NCBI RefSeq assembly: GCF_009914755.1
Contig: NC_060939.1
Direction: 5' to 3' (one strand)
Source of the DNA: the human T2T-CHM13v2.0 reference genome, Homo sapiens
DNA length: 64,000 bases
Shown here: positions 13,826 to 28,024 of the stretch, piece after piece
Layout of the letters: every line of letters begins with the position of its first letter
How positions within the stretch are numbered: position 1 is the stretch's first letter
Notes under the pieces: generated by a model
What the model was told of the DNA's origin: nothing
Database searches by the model: none
Seen by the model: the letters and a program-made list of their open reading frames with translations, nothing else
Made by a program: the position numbers and the translations under genes

Positions 13826-15325
13826 GGCTTTTGTCATTGCCGTGTTGCTCATGGAATCACAACTTAGCAATTTAACAAAGGGTGCATTTGGAAGCAGAAG
13901 GGTTTCTAGTAGATGGTAATGTGGCTATACTGCAGCAGGAAGGGCTCATGTGAGGTGCAAGGAAGGACTTCCTACCAGGGAATTGCCCGCTGTTGGCAGT
14001 CCTGAGCTGACTCGTGTGCCCCTAGTCCATGGTTTTTGGTTTTGGTTTTCAGGTTTTTTGAGTGAAAAGGAAGGCTGCAGTGTGTAGGGCCTCGGGTGTG
14101 AGCACTTGACTTCTAAAGGAGCTTTTGGATTTTCCGCATTAAATAACCCTTTGTACCTCAGAGTGCATCCAGCCCCATTAGCAGGCACCATCCTCCTGGA
14201 AACCCTGATCCCTAATAAACTTCCCTTATTGTTTGGAGCTGACACCTCCCCAGCTTCCAGCTCCCTGGAGAAATGGAACTCTTAAAGCTTTTGCAGAAAG
14301 GCCTCCGAGCAGATGGCCCATTGAGCGGATCTCTCAGGCAGAGGCTGCAGAAGCTGCAAGAAAGGCTGTGTATATACCCAAAGGATTATAAATCATGCTG
14401 CTATAAAGACACATGCACACGTATGTTTATAGCGGCAATATTCACAATAGCAAAGACTTGGAACCAACCCAAATGTCCAACAACGATAGACTGGATGAAG
14501 AAAATGTGGCACATATACACCATGGAATACTATGCAGCCATAAAAAGTGATTAGTTCATGTCCTTTGTAGGGACATGGATGAAATTGGAAACCATCATTC
14601 TCAGCAAACTATCTCAAGGACAAAAAAACAAACACTGCATGTTCTCACTCATAGGTGGGAATTGAACAATGAGAACACATGGACACAGGAAGGGGAACAT
14701 CACACACCGGGGACTGTTGTGGGGTGGGGGGAGGGGGAGGGATAGCATTAGGAGATATACCTAATGCTAAATGATGAGTTAATGGGTGCAGCACACCAAC
14801 ATGGCACATGTATACATATGTAACAAACCTGCACATTGTGCACATGTACCCTAAAACTTAAAGTATAATAATAAAATTTAAAAAAAAAAAAAGAAAGTCT
14901 CAGTTCCTTATCTGGGCCCCCAAGCCTAGGGAAAGATGTGGAAGAAGTCCTTGGCAGGTCAAGGGAGGCTGTGAATTTTTTTTCTGCCTTTGCTTTGTTA
15001 CCTTTCCATTTTTCTTCTCCGCATGTTGCTCCTCTTTTCTCTGTGTCCTGAGATTGGGGAGGGGCTGGGGGGGAAGGAGGGGCAAAGCCCACAGCCTTTC
15101 CCCAGCTGGAATGGAATGCTTGAACCCTGTAGCAGCTGCCGTCTGCTTCAATGGCTTTTGTGATTGCTGTGTTGCTCATGGAATCACATCTTAGCAATTT
15201 AACAAAGGGTGCATTTGGAAGCAGAAGGGTTTCTAGTAGAAGGTAATGTGGCTATACTGCAGCAGGAAGGGCTCATGTGAGGTACAAGGAAGGACTTCCT
15301 ACCTGGGAATTGCCCGCTGTTGGCA
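13826..15325. repeat. Dispersed direct repeat, 173 bp (13826-13998 and 15153-15325)
   Basis: Two copies with about 6 mismatches, read directly. Confidence 0.92.
14366..14893 (+). mobile_element. L1PA 3' end (5'-truncated LINE-1)
   Basis: ORF2 C-terminus IYPKDYKSCCYKDTCTRMFIAA.., 3'UTR G-rich tract, poly-A. Confidence 0.93.
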
Positions 15326-15929
15326 AATATGCTAGGTGGAAAACCGTGGGAGTTGATCCACCGGACTCACTTACTCTCTTGGGAATGAGCCAGGTTTGTT
15401 ACCTGCCCCTGAAGGGGCCACAGTGACATTCCTGGAGGTCAGTGCTGCCACCCAAGACTAAACCTAGTCCCACAGCCACCAAATTAATCATCAGGGCCGG
15501 CAGTCCTTGGAGACCAGAAAGCCAGAGTAGCTTCCTAAGCCCTTCGTTTGGCCCCGGGCACTGAGGGAGGGGCAGAGGGTGAAAGGGGGAAGGAAGGCCC
15601 TTGGCCTGGCCTCAGCCCAGCCAGCCCTGCAGCCAGGAGAGATACTGCAGCACCTACCAGCAGCCGGCAGGAGAGTGTCTCAAAGCTGCTGCTCACAGTG
15701 GGGCAGACGGAGCCTGCCAGCTCCAAGCCTGCCTTCAACCTGCTCCCCACTGCTCGGCTGGGCTGGGACTTGAGGGCAGCTGGCTGCTCAGAGACAAATT
15801 GCAGCCTGTCCCCCATCCCCGCCCCCAGCACATGGCACCTGGGTGAGAGCACAGCCCAGCTTCTGGACTTATGTGGACTTCCTGCACACACACTTCGTCC
15901 TGAGCCTAGTCGTGTGCCCCTAGTCCATG

Positions 15930-16286
15930 GTTTTGGTTTTGGTTTTCAGGTTTTTTAAGACAGGGTCTCACTCTGTCACCCAGGCTGAAGTGCAGTGGTG
16001 TGATCACGGCTCACTGCAGCCTCAACCTCCCGAGGCTCAGGTGATCCTCCCACCTCAGCATCCCACATAGCGGGGACTACAGGTATGCACCACCGTGCCT
16101 GGATAATTTTTGTTTTGCAAGGTTTTTCTTTGTTTTTGTTTTTGTTTTGTTGTTGTTGTTGTTTTGGTAGAGACAGGGTTTCACCATGTTGCCCAGGCTG
16201 GGCTCGAACTCCTGGGCTCAAGCAATCCTCCTACCTCAGCCTTCAAAAAGTGCTGGGATTACAGGCGTGAACCACCATGCCCAGCC
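15930..16286 (-). mobile_element. AluJ with expanded T-rich linker
   Basis: TSD cctagtccatg (15919-15929, 16287-16297). Confidence 0.88.
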
Positions 16287-18254
16287 CCTAGTCCATGTTT
16301 TAGTGAGACTTGGAATATGCGAAGCCTTGTACTTGTATGTGCTTGGCACTGTGGTGCAGTGGTTAAACCTCAGATGCTAGGGCTAGGTTGCCTGTATTCA
16401 AATGCCAGCTCCTCCAGTTTTTTATCTGTGGGACTTTGGCTAAGTTACTTAAACACTTGTTACCTCAGTTTCCTCATCTGTAAAATGGAAATGAAATAGC
16501 TTGCCATCAGGTTGGCATGAGGATTTGATGTATGACTATTTACATATAGCTCTAAGAATAGGCAGTGCCTGACACACGGTGCTATAAAGATTTTGCCATA
16601 AAGTGCTATAAAGAGTGTTATTATGGTGTTTCTGAAAACTGACTGACGTTTTGTAGGTAAAGAAACATAGCAGCAGAGCTGGGAGTGGGGCGAGGCAGGG
16701 GTATGATTGGCTTTGATGAGAAGAATCTAGAATCCAGTGAACCCACTATTAAGTTACTGCACATGGCCCCAGGCAAGCGGTTTTTCCCTATCTCTTGGAC
16801 CTCAGTGGTCCCCATTAAAAAATGTGGAGAGGGATGCCTGCCTTCCTCACTTCTCCCAAGATGTCCTGGGATCGAATGAGGCAGATGATGGTCTGAAATA
16901 GCCAGTGAGCCTAGCGGATGCACAGGTTGGCCTCTCCCTGTCCCTGCTCTGGAGCACATGCTGGCTTGCTGGCTGAGGTCCTGGCATGTTGGGCTTTCTA
17001 CCAAGGGCACCAAACCCAGTGTACTGCTCTCCCAGTGAGGCCACTTGGACTCTGGGTGGCTCTGGGCTGAATCTGGCCCTCCTCATTTTCTGTTCTTCCT
17101 TATTTCACCTGGAAAAAGGATGGTGGTTTTGTATCTCCTAATGCTCCTTAGCAAGGGAGAAGGAGTGTTTCTGAATGCAGTGTATAGTTGTACAAGCAGA
17201 GAAGGGGGCAGGAGAACCTCTCCTTCAAGCTGGGACACCCTGGCCATGAGCTCCAGACAAACTGAGGTGATGCCTTTCCTGGGTTGTCAAAAGTGGGAGC
17301 TCCTTCCCCCTACCACTTGCAGCCAGACTATCCACTGTGCAGGGAGGCAGGCAGGGGGCTGATCAGAAGCAGCACATTGAGTCAATATCACATTCAGCAT
17401 CTTTCCTGCCAGGTAAGACAAGGACCCTGGTTGTTAGTGCCCTTGTCGCTTCCTTCTCTTTCCTCCTTCCTGGCTGGGAGGGAGAGCCAACCTGACCTGC
17501 TCACAGTATTGGAGTGATGGTTAGGTTAGGGCCTCTTGGTTTGGCCCCAATATCTTCTGCCAAGAACCATGGGGGTGACCAGGTTGTATATACCCAAGCA
17601 AGCAACCAAGTGATGCCCACTGCCCTACAGACTTCCCACCTGATCATCTGGGGTGAGTTGTGTGTAAGGAGAGGGAAGGCCACTTTATAAATAGCCTTAG
17701 AAATGTCTGCTTCTGGAGCTGTCCTCAGAGCTTCTTCCTGAATATCATTTTACCAAGAGCCCCAGAGATGAGGTTTCTTGGCCAAGGTCACCCCCAAAAT
17801 CAACCGTGAGCTCATGTCTTGAAGTCCACTATACTTCATCTGCCCCATTCCCCAGGCTTCCCTAAAGAAGATATCCAGCATTGCCTAGAAATGTAGCTTT
17901 CCCTTCTGGTGCCTGTCTCCTGTGACCCTGCTCCTGACCTCATATCCCCCTGAATATCATCCCTTGTAAGTTGTATGGGTTTGGATTAGAGAGCGGGGAG
18001 AACTTCCTGAGTGGCCTCATTGGGACAGGGAATGGAGGCTTTCCCCAAGATACATAAGGGCAGGCCTGCTCTCCATGAGTCTGAACTGGATCAGGTCTTA
18101 GGAGCTTCAGGAGTTCGACAACACAAAGTCCAAAATCAGGTCCTGCGGCCTCCTAGGCATGGGACTTTGGGCAAGTTGCTGACTGGCTCTGAGCCTTATC
18201 ATTAAATTGGAATGGATATGATTTACTATCTTATAGAAGTTTATAAATATATAT

Positions 18255-18815
18255 TTACTTTTTGAAAACAGCTTTATTGAGCTATAATTCACATACTATA
18301 CAATTCACCCATTTAAGGGCACGATTCAATAGCTTTTAATATATTCACAGAATTGCACAACCATCACCACGATCTAATTTCAGAACGTTTTTTCACCCCT
18401 AAAAAGGAACTCCATACATATTAACAGTCACCCTCGATTCTTCCATTCCTCCCAGCCTTAGCCAACTAATCATCTACTTTCTGTCTCTATGAAATTGCAC
18501 CTTCTGGATATTTTATTTAGATGGAATTATATAACACATGGTCTTTGGTGCCTGGCTTCCTTCACTCACATAATGCTTTCAAGGTTTAGCCACATTGAAG
18601 CATGTATCGGTACTTTATTTCTTTTTATTGCCAAATAACATTCCATTGTGTGGATATACTGCGTTTTATTTCTCCATTCATCAGTTGATGGACATTTGGT
18701 TGATTCCACTTTTCAGCTACTCTGAATAATGCCGCTATCAACATTTGTGGAAGGGTTTTCGTAAGGATACGTGTTTTCATTTCTCTTGGGTATATGCCTA
18801 GGATTGTCAAATGGT
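18255..18815 (-). mobile_element. Old L1M (L1MB-like) 3' fragment
   Basis: gctttattgag..tataattcacatac..aattcacccatttaa 3'-end signature, ORF2 C-terminal remnant. Confidence 0.75.
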
Positions 18816-18819
18816 ATAC

Positions 18820-19120
<301 letters not shown>

Positions 19121-22100
19121 AGTATACTTATTTTTAAATGGTATATTTATATTACTAGGCTCTGTTCTAAGTATTTCATATGGATAGTCTCCTTTAATTA
19201 TCATAATACTCTACAAGGTAGGTACTATTATGAATCCACTTCTTATAAAGTGAAGAAATGGAGGCATCATTTGAGGGACATCAAGGGATTTGTCCAAGGA
19301 GACTCAGCTAAGAGAGCCAGGATTTGGACCCTGGCCTCTGGCCCTTCGCTCTTCCAGCAACTTGCTCCTACATGTGAGATTTAAGTGAGAGAACGTCTGA
19401 AAGTGCTCCCAGCCTGACTGTAGTAGGTGCCCAAGAAACGTTCGTTGGATGCTGGGAAAGGACCAGACACCTTGCATTTCGCTGTCTGACTCACCATGTG
19501 GCTTTAGGGAATTTGTGTCCGTTTGAGCCTCAGTTAAATTTCCCCAATACATAAAGCTTCAATATGGCATTTCATAAAGACAGGACTGAGATGGGAGGTG
19601 CAATATCATGGAAAGAGCCCTGGATTCTAGATCTGGCTCTCTCACTGGCTTGGAAGGGGTAGTAATTTCCTTTCTCTGTCTCTGGGTTTCCCCACCATTC
19701 AATTAGAGGCTGGAACAATTGATCCTAAGTTTCCTTCCAGCTCCCCCATCCTATATAAGTTCTATATTCTTCCTCAGCAACTGGAGTCCCCTGTGGAGCT
19801 AAACTGGGATGGGTGCCCAGGGCCTCAGGTCACTGCTGTGCTCAGCAACACTTCTCCCACCCAGTGTGTTAAAGGCCAGGTAGGGGCTGAGTGGGATGAA
19901 GATGGGGAGGGGGAGGACCCACCCTAGGCCTCCCTTCCATTATGGAGCCCTTGGTGTGGGCTGGGGACCTTCTCTTCTCTCAGCCAGAAAAGAGCCACCT
20001 CACCTACACATCCCCTCAGTCTTCCCTGGCTCCCCTTCTCTTGAGTCCTGCTCCTCTGGAGTCCTGCTCCCTCTGGAGTCACTGCAGCCCTCATTCCAAT
20101 GAACTACCCAGCCACTTTTGGAGGCTTGGACTAGCTCCTGGTTTGGGATCACTTATGGGAAAGCGCTGGGCACCCACTGGGTGCCCAGCATATTTTGGTG
20201 ACTTAAATAGGGATCAGTATTTGAGCTAGTGGCTTCCCCTAGGTCATGATTCCCCAGTTCACTTATCCCCATCCTTTGTCAGCAAGAGCATTCACTGCAT
20301 TCTGCAAACCTAACCTGGCAGCACCAAGCGAGGCGCTTCTGCATCTTCCAACTGCACAGCCACAGCCTGTAAACTTTTCCTTGGCCCTCCCTTTAGTCCA
20401 TATTCCTTACTTTCTGGATGCCACCGGTCAGAGTGCCTCCTGCATCCCAGGTCCTGTGCCAAACACATAACGTACAGGATGCTGCATTTACCCCTCTGTG
20501 GTGGGAATTTGTAGTGTCTCTAGTTTATAGAAGAGGAAGCACATCCAGAACAGGGAAATAACTTCTCCAAGGCCACCAAGCTGGTAGATAACTGTGGAAG
20601 GATTTGAGCAAAGGCTGTCTGGTCCCAAATCCTGCATCACTCGACTGAAAGGAAAGATGGCATAAAGGGCTTTTAAGGGGGTGCCCAGAGCCAGGGAAAT
20701 CAGGTGGAGCCTCTCTGGGCAGGTGGGCTCTGGATTCCTCCGGGGCAGGTCTGTGTCTCTGTGTCTTCTCTCTTCCCCTGCATGGAGAACAGTCGAGCCT
20801 GTTGGGTAATGCCTGGGAACACCCTCCTCTGGGCTTAGTCTTCTCATCGACAGAACAGGGTCTGACATTTCCAGCAGCCCTGTGCGCCAAGCTTACCCAG
20901 AGATCCGGTGATGGCTACACAGCCTTTCTTCCACTGGTTATAGAGTCACTTTCTCCCAGGTTTGCTGTTCTTCCCTGCAGTGTGATGAGCCGGCGTCTCA
21001 TCCCCAGCTCCCCATCCCCCAATATCTGTGTGTCTCACTATTTTTAAGCTCCGTGGGCTTAATGAGCTGCCTGCCATGACACGTCTTCGACATTTACCTT
21101 TTTCTCTAATGAGCCTCAGAGAGCTAGCCTGGGCTTATTTTTCCCTTGACAGTCCCCCACCCCAGTCAGGAGGCCAGAACTGGGCTATTTCCCTTCGGGG
21201 CCCAGACTTGGCTTCCTGAGACCCCCACAGCAGTGTGCCCCACAAATTACCTAGTGGTGGCAACACTGCAGATTCCAGGCCCTGGGGAGCTGACTCCTTC
21301 TCTGGTACCACCTTCTGTCTTGTTTCTCCTCTCTTACCCCACCTCAGCCCCTTCCTGCAGAGTGGTGATGTCATAAAGGAAACTCTTGTGGTCCCCACAT
21401 AATTGGCAGCTACTTCTCTCTGAGGACAAACTGCCTGGCAAACCAGCAGGGCCAGGCAAATGAGGCCAATTGGCAGCAAGGGCTGGGATGGAGATGTCAG
21501 AGATTTAGAGGCTCTCAGGGTTGGAAGGGGGACCTCAAATTTCATCTAGGTCAATGCTGTGTCCCCTTACCTGAGTCCTGTCTATAATATCCCTCCCAAT
21601 AGTGGGCTAACCTCAGCTTGAATGCTCCCGATGATGGAGCACTCATTACCTCCTGGGACCACGAACTCATCAATGGGTGGTGCTGACTGTGCAAAAACCC
21701 TCCTTCATTTTGAGCCTAAATCTGTTTTCCAACATGAAGAGAGAAGACCCCCGCAGTGGGTTCATCCTTCTTCTGGCTCCAGCCCTCAGTGCTGCGAAGG
21801 AGCCGCAAGTCACTCTTCATGAGGAAACATGCCCGGTGTCTTGGGTGGGGGCAGAGGCACCACTGATCCACAAAGATGTGGTGTGATTTTTTCCTCTCAG
21901 GGGACTTTGCTTGGGGGAGGGGCCACTGGGAAGAGCCAAGAAGCTGCTAGAAAAAAACTGAAGTCGTTCCTCCTTCTCAAGTGCGAAGTGAACCTGCAGC
22001 AGAACATTAGAAACCCTGATGCAGGCTAGCTCCGTCTGTGGGGACCGTTACATGCTGGTTCTCTGTTGCCAGCTCCAGGGAGTCAGGGTCTAATAGGAGC

Positions 22101-22260
22101 CACCCCAGGTATTCCACTTATAGTTATAGCTCCAAGCAGGGGTCATCAGCAGGGTGACTGGAACTCCCTGCGGTTCCAGAGAGCCACAGATGCTCACCCA
22201 TGCTGGCTTTGGTAGGCAGGGAGCTCAGTAAGCCTCTCCGAGGCTCAGGATTTTGCCAGT

Positions 22261-22356
22261 TTGGAAGAGCACTGGATGATTTGGAAGAGCACTGGATTCC
22301 AAGCTTGGAAGAGCACTTGGAAGAGCACTGGATTCCAAGCCAGCTTGGAAGAGCAC
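22261..22356. repeat. Irregular array of five TTGGAAGAGCAC 12-mers
   Basis: Copies at 22261, 22281, 22305, 22317, 22345. Confidence 0.9.
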
Positions 22357-23664
22357 AGTAAGGCAGGCTTCTTACTCTGTCACTTCGGACAAGTCCCTTC
22401 CTCTCTCTGGCTGTCAGTTTCCTCAGCTGTGATATGTGCTATGTGTGGACCTTCAGAAATGGTGCAGGGCTGGGCCCTGCAGCTGCCGAATGCCATGTGT
22501 GTGGGTGGAGGTGCTTCATCCTGGGCCGTGCTCTGCAGGACACAGTGTTTGTCACCAGTGGTCATATGAAGGGACAGTCCTCTGCCCACTTCCATTTCCC
22601 CTCTCCTCTGGCCCAGAGCAGGGAGGCCAGAGCCCTGTGTACTGCTAGGCAGGGCAACGGCCCATTCTCAAATGTTTGCTGGGGCCGGGGGTGTGGAAAG
22701 AGGCTCCTGTGAGGGAAAACCTTGAGGCCTCTGGTGTCCTGGACCAGGGAGGCTCTCCTGCCCTAAGTCAGGCTCTGTGGAGAGGGTCCCAGATGATGGC
22801 GTCTCTGGAGCCGGGGTGTGTTCTGCCGTGTCATCACCTTCCCAAGTCAGCTGTCATCGCTGCGCTTTCCAGGGTGGTGGCTGTGAGGGGTCCCATCATG
22901 GTCTGTGGTTGCCAGACACCCACCCAGGTGGACGTCTCTTGCCTGGAAACTGGCCAGCCTCTTCCAAGCCCACCCCATCTCCTCCTAAACCTTGGCTCCC
23001 TGCTGCTTTTCCAGGAAGCCTTTCCTCAGTGGCTCCCTGGTTCTAGGTGCCTTTGCCCTGTGGTTCTCAGCAGAAGCGCCTGTGCATCATGGGAAAGCCG
23101 GTTGGCGATGGGATGCACGGCGCTCTATTAGGGTCTATGCTCTCTCTACCCATGGTGTCCTCCAGCACCTGGTCAAGCCAGAGTGTGTGGGAGCCAGGGG
23201 TCCACCCCTAGCTCTTTCTGCTCTGCACATTCGTTTTTCTTTTTGATGAAGTTATAACTTAGATTCAGCAAAGTGCACAACTTATGGATATATGCACCAG
23301 TATAATCACCAAAGAAATTCCCCAGAAGGATCCCTGTCCCCTCCCAGCCCCTGCCTGCCCCTCCGGTGTAACCGCTCTATTGCCATGGAGTCATTTTCTG
23401 TTCTTCAGAGCTTTCCTCCGATTCCTGGTCATTCCTCAATCTCCCTGGCTTTCCTCTTTCTCTACAAATCCTCCAAATGCTGATATTTCTAGAAGCCCAT
23501 CTCTGGATTTCTTCTTATGCCCACACTCTCCCCAGCGGATTATTCTTTTGTGCTAGTGACTTCCAGAGTCACTTCTGAGCAACACACCTGCCCCTCCCCT
23601 CCAAGCTGCCTGCTGGGTATGGCCGCTTGGCTGGTCTGCTGGCATGGCTAGGTCTCACCTAATG

Positions 23665-23845
23665 TCAAACTCCTGGGCTCCAGTGATTCTCCCACCTTAG
23701 CCTCCTGAGTAGCTGGGACGACAGGCATGCACTACCATGCCTGGCTAATTTTAAAATTTTTTGTAGAGATGGGGTTTCACTGTGCTGTCCAGGCTGGCCT
23801 CAACCTCCCAAAGTGCTGGGATTACAGGCATGAGCCACCACACTA
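23665..23845 (-). mobile_element. Alu fragment (AluJ-like, internally deleted)
   Basis: Partial reverse Alu. Confidence 0.75.
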
Positions 23846-26767
23846 GGGATAGGTTTTGCCTGGGACATCCTTGGGGAGTCTGGGCAACCTCACCTCTTCA
23901 CATCCCAGTGTTGTCATCTATAGGATGGGAGTGGCAGCTAGAGGAAGAACAGCTAGACTCTGCTGACTTCTGAGAGGAGGATGTGGTCAGATACCCACAA
24001 ATGAGAACTTGAAAATTAGAGCAACCAAAATAGAGACTCAGCAGCCACGGTTGGAGAAGCCATGGCTGCTGAGAGGCCTGAGTATTGGGGAAGGTGGGCT
24101 GGAGGACGGGGAAAGGCTTGGCAGGATCTGGACACAGGGGCAGGAAAGAAGCCAGGGATAGTGCAGTGGCTCAGAAGAGAGGACTTGGCCCAGAGGTGGG
24201 CATCAAGAAGGCCGTCTGGGCTGGAGCTAAAGGCATGGGTAGAAGGAGGACCATTGATTAAGAGAGGCCTGAATTATCCCAGGAAATTTTAAAAAGGGGT
24301 GGCTTAATCTGGCCCTTAATAGGGGGTTAGCAGAGAGGCTGCCCCACCTCTCCACTGGAGCCATCCCCGTGTGCTTCTGACAGGCCTGTGCCCAGCCTGG
24401 CTCAGGAACCAGCCATGGACATAATGCCATGCTTTACATACAGTGCTCCTAAGCCTCGCAGCACTGCGCAGCAGCTTCCATTATCATTCCCGTTATGCAG
24501 ATGGAGTGCTGAGGCCAAGAGAGGTTAAGCAACCTGCTCAAGTTCCCATGGCTAAAAGTGACAGAGCTGAGACTCCAGTCCAGGTCAGTCTGTCCAGAGC
24601 CCAGGTGCTAATTCACCCCACTTGGCTGCACCTGGTGTTTCACTTGGCTCCTCTTCCTCAGCAGAGCTGTCTTCTAGGTTTGGATCCACATAGAATTCCA
24701 AGTTGAGGCTTTCCAATTTGGAATTCTCCCCCTCATTGCTCCCCTCCTCCAGCCCATGGGTGTTTTGAGGCCATGGTTCATCCCTCCTGGCCCCTACCTC
24801 CCATGTCTGTCCCGGCTCCCGGTCAGGCAGGAGAGAGCTGGCTTCTTTGGAGCACCTAATTGTGCCCCCGGGACTTTCATGCTCCACTTTAGTTTCTGGA
24901 GACCACGAGCTGTCATAGGTGTTGGTGATAATGGGCATCTCTGTCTGAAGAGTGATGGGTACATCTCTGTCCCTGGCGCCTGGCCAGCATCTGGAAGGAC
25001 GGAGGCGCTCTTGGAAACGGGAGGACCAGACTGCACCTTCCTTGGCTGGCTCCCAGCTCCCACTGAGAGCAGGCTGGGCTCTCCAGACGTCTCATGACCT
25101 CTCCCAGGTCCCGGTGTGGCCCAAAGCGAGCTACTCTGCTGCCTGGGAGTACAGCTGTTTCCGTCCTCTGGGAAAGGGTGCTGTGAGCGAGCGACCTGTT
25201 TCTCTCCGCCTGAGGCCCAGTTTCCTCAATTACAAAATGGGAATCACAGTCCCCACCTCACAGGGCCCGGATGAAATGAAATACACCGCTGGAACGGAGT
25301 GGGCACAGTGGAGGTCTCCCTCCCTGCCCCCGGCACCCACCTCTGAGCCCGGTGCCTTTGTGGTCTTCCCGTTAGACCCACCTTCCCAGTGTGCTTCAGG
25401 AGCTCCCTGGGGTTGTTTGTTGGGAAGGAAAGAGCCCTGGGCTGAGTGCTAGGAAGTCAGGGTTCAAGTGCACCGGGAGGCCTTGGGCAAGCTGATCTCT
25501 GAGCCTTAGCTGTCTCCTCTGTCAAGGGGCAGAACCACATCTGCTGCACCTCCCAAAGGCCTGAGCTCTGTTGTCTCCCCGTGAGCTGCTTCAGGATGGG
25601 GTTGGGTTTTATTCTTCTTGTATTCCCAGCACTTAGCACGGAGCCTGACATAGGATTTGGAGAAAACGAAAGTGAAGATCAGAGGAAAGAGTGGATTTTT
25701 AAGCAATTAAACATGCTAAGGGGTTATTTTCAAGGTTGGGTAAGGCAGACAACTCCTGGCCAAACCCTCATTAACTGGGGAAGTGGTCTTCATGCCCTTC
25801 CTTCGCGCATGACTCTCCAGAGAACCTGAGCTGCACTGGACCTTCTTTCCCCATGGGGAGCCACAGGCCTGCCTACCTATAGTGGAGCACCGCAAGGCAG
25901 TGCGCCTGCCCGTCCACACCCCACCCATGACCACTCAGGCCCTGGGTGTCAGGGTCTGAACTAGACAGGGTGCCTCTTTCGGCTTTGGGGTTTCTCTTCT
26001 CTCCTTTAGCAGGGAGCTTGATGGGACAGAGGTTGCCAGAGTTGGGGGGGCAGTGCCTGCTGAGATCCCCCACCTCCTCCATTGCCTGCTACCAGGCTCA
26101 GCAATCAGGCTGCTCCTCTGGGAGCTGGCAGGAAATGCAGTCGTGAACAAGACACGTTCCCACCTCACAGCCTTAGTGATCCTCCAGGAGCTGAGCTGCT
26201 TATACAAGTACCTTTGACACCAGGAAGAAGTGACGCAGTCTCTGCAAGAGGAACACACAGAGCCAGGGAAGAGAATTCTGGGCCTCAGGCTCCCCAGCCG
26301 CACAACCTCTGCAGCAACCCTTGCCCTCCTGGACAGAGCCTGGGCTGGCTCAGAGTCCCTGACTTGGCGAGCACTGCACCCCTCGTTGTGGGTAACACAA
26401 GGTCCGTCCTTGAGTCCATGGTCAGCATGGACTCGGCCTAGCCCCGCTGAGAGGAGAACTGAGGAAAGGAAATGAGTATTTATTTAGGGACCACTTTGTG
26501 CCAGCACATGTGGCCTCTTCAATCCTCATAACATCCCTGTGAGACAGGCACCTGATCCTCGGTTTGTAGCTAAGAAATGATCCCAGGGAAATGAACTCAT
26601 CTCCCAGGGCTGCAGAGCTGCTAAGTGTCAGGTTGGAAAGCAGCCCTGGCTGTTCTAAAGCCCAAGTTCTCTCATGACCCCACTACTCTTTGTGCCCGCT
26701 CGCCTTCAGAGGTAGAACTCTCCAAGCATCTCGGAAGGCTCGGTTCTAAAAGCTGAGAGGCTATCTA

Positions 26768-27026
26768 GGCCGCATGCGGTGGCTCAGGCCTGTAATCTCA
26801 GCCCTTTGGGAGGCTGAGGCAGGTGAATTGCTTGAGCCCAGGAGTTTGAGACCATCCTGGGCAACATAGCGAGACACCTTCTCTACAAAAAAGAGCCGGG
26901 CATGGTGGTGCGCCTGTAGTCCCAGCTACTCGTGGGGGTCGAGGCTGCAGTGAGCTGTGATTGCGCCACTGCTCTCCAGCCTGGGTGACAGAGTGAGACC
27001 CTGTCTCAAAAAAAAAAAAAAAAAAA
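26768..27026 (+). mobile_element. AluJ-like SINE with internal deletions
   Basis: 18-bp TSD aaagctgagaggctatct (26749-26766, 27029-27046). Confidence 0.9.
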
Positions 27027-28024
27027 TGAAAGCTGAGAGGCTATCTTGGGAGATGCAAAGCCACTTTCCAAAGGATGGAAAGAAGTGGAGAGAAACCAGG
27101 TCTCCTGATGCCTCTTTCAGGTCCCAGACCTCTTGCCACCTTTGGAGACAGAGGGTCTGGCAAGAGTTGCCGCTGCAGAGGGAGGGTGGGGGCTGGTGAC
27201 CCTGTGGTCTCTTCCAACCCCGAGGCTGTAAGGTGACCTGCACCGTAGTCCACCCCCTCCCATTACCCAAGTACAGGGCCTGTAGCTATCACCCCAGCTT
27301 CCGGGACAAGTCCTGTGGCCCCAGACCCCCAGCCCTCCCTTCCCTGGGGCTTCTCACATTTCTACATGTGGCAGTGTAATGCACCTGCACGCAATGTTTG
27401 TATGCATGTTCACAGTGCCGGTTCATGCATGTTTATACATTCATACATGGTGTTCATACACATGGCGCTCACGTGCACCCACATACACATACACAGCCTT
27501 TCTGGCATTCTCTGCCACGTCCCTGCACTGGCTGCTGTCACCCATTTCAGCTGGGCCTGAGAGATGGAGACAGGACCCCCACCCCGGTGCTGCCGGCTAG
27601 CAGATGCCACAGTGCTGATGTTCTGCTCCATTACTGGGTTGATGGAGCCTCCTTCTGCCTCCGGCCTCCCACCGGTTGCCCACCTCCTCCTTTCCAGGGT
27701 GTGAGCGTTGACTGGGGGCCTGGGAGGCAGTGAGCCTGGCGGGGGTGCGGCTGTGTGCGGAGGGCATGGGCCTGGCTTGGGTGGAGATGGGGCTGGAGGC
27801 AGGCGGCAGGCTCCTGGACGGACAGCAGGGGGCACCACTAGGTCTCCTGGCCGGGCCACAGGAAGGGAGGAGCCGGGCCTCCAGGCTGGGGAGGAGGCTG
27901 CGGTCTCTCCAGCTACTCTCCCGCAGCTTGAGCGGGGGCACCTGCCACCCAGCCCGGGCTCCTGCCCCTGCTCCCTTCCCCCTCCCCGCACACTGGCAAC
28001 ACCCCCTCCCCTTACACCCCCAGT

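Noticed and set aside
22261-22356. CRISPR-like repeat-spacer appearance
   Set aside because: Eukaryotic context, 12-bp repeats, short irregular non-unique spacers and no cas genes.
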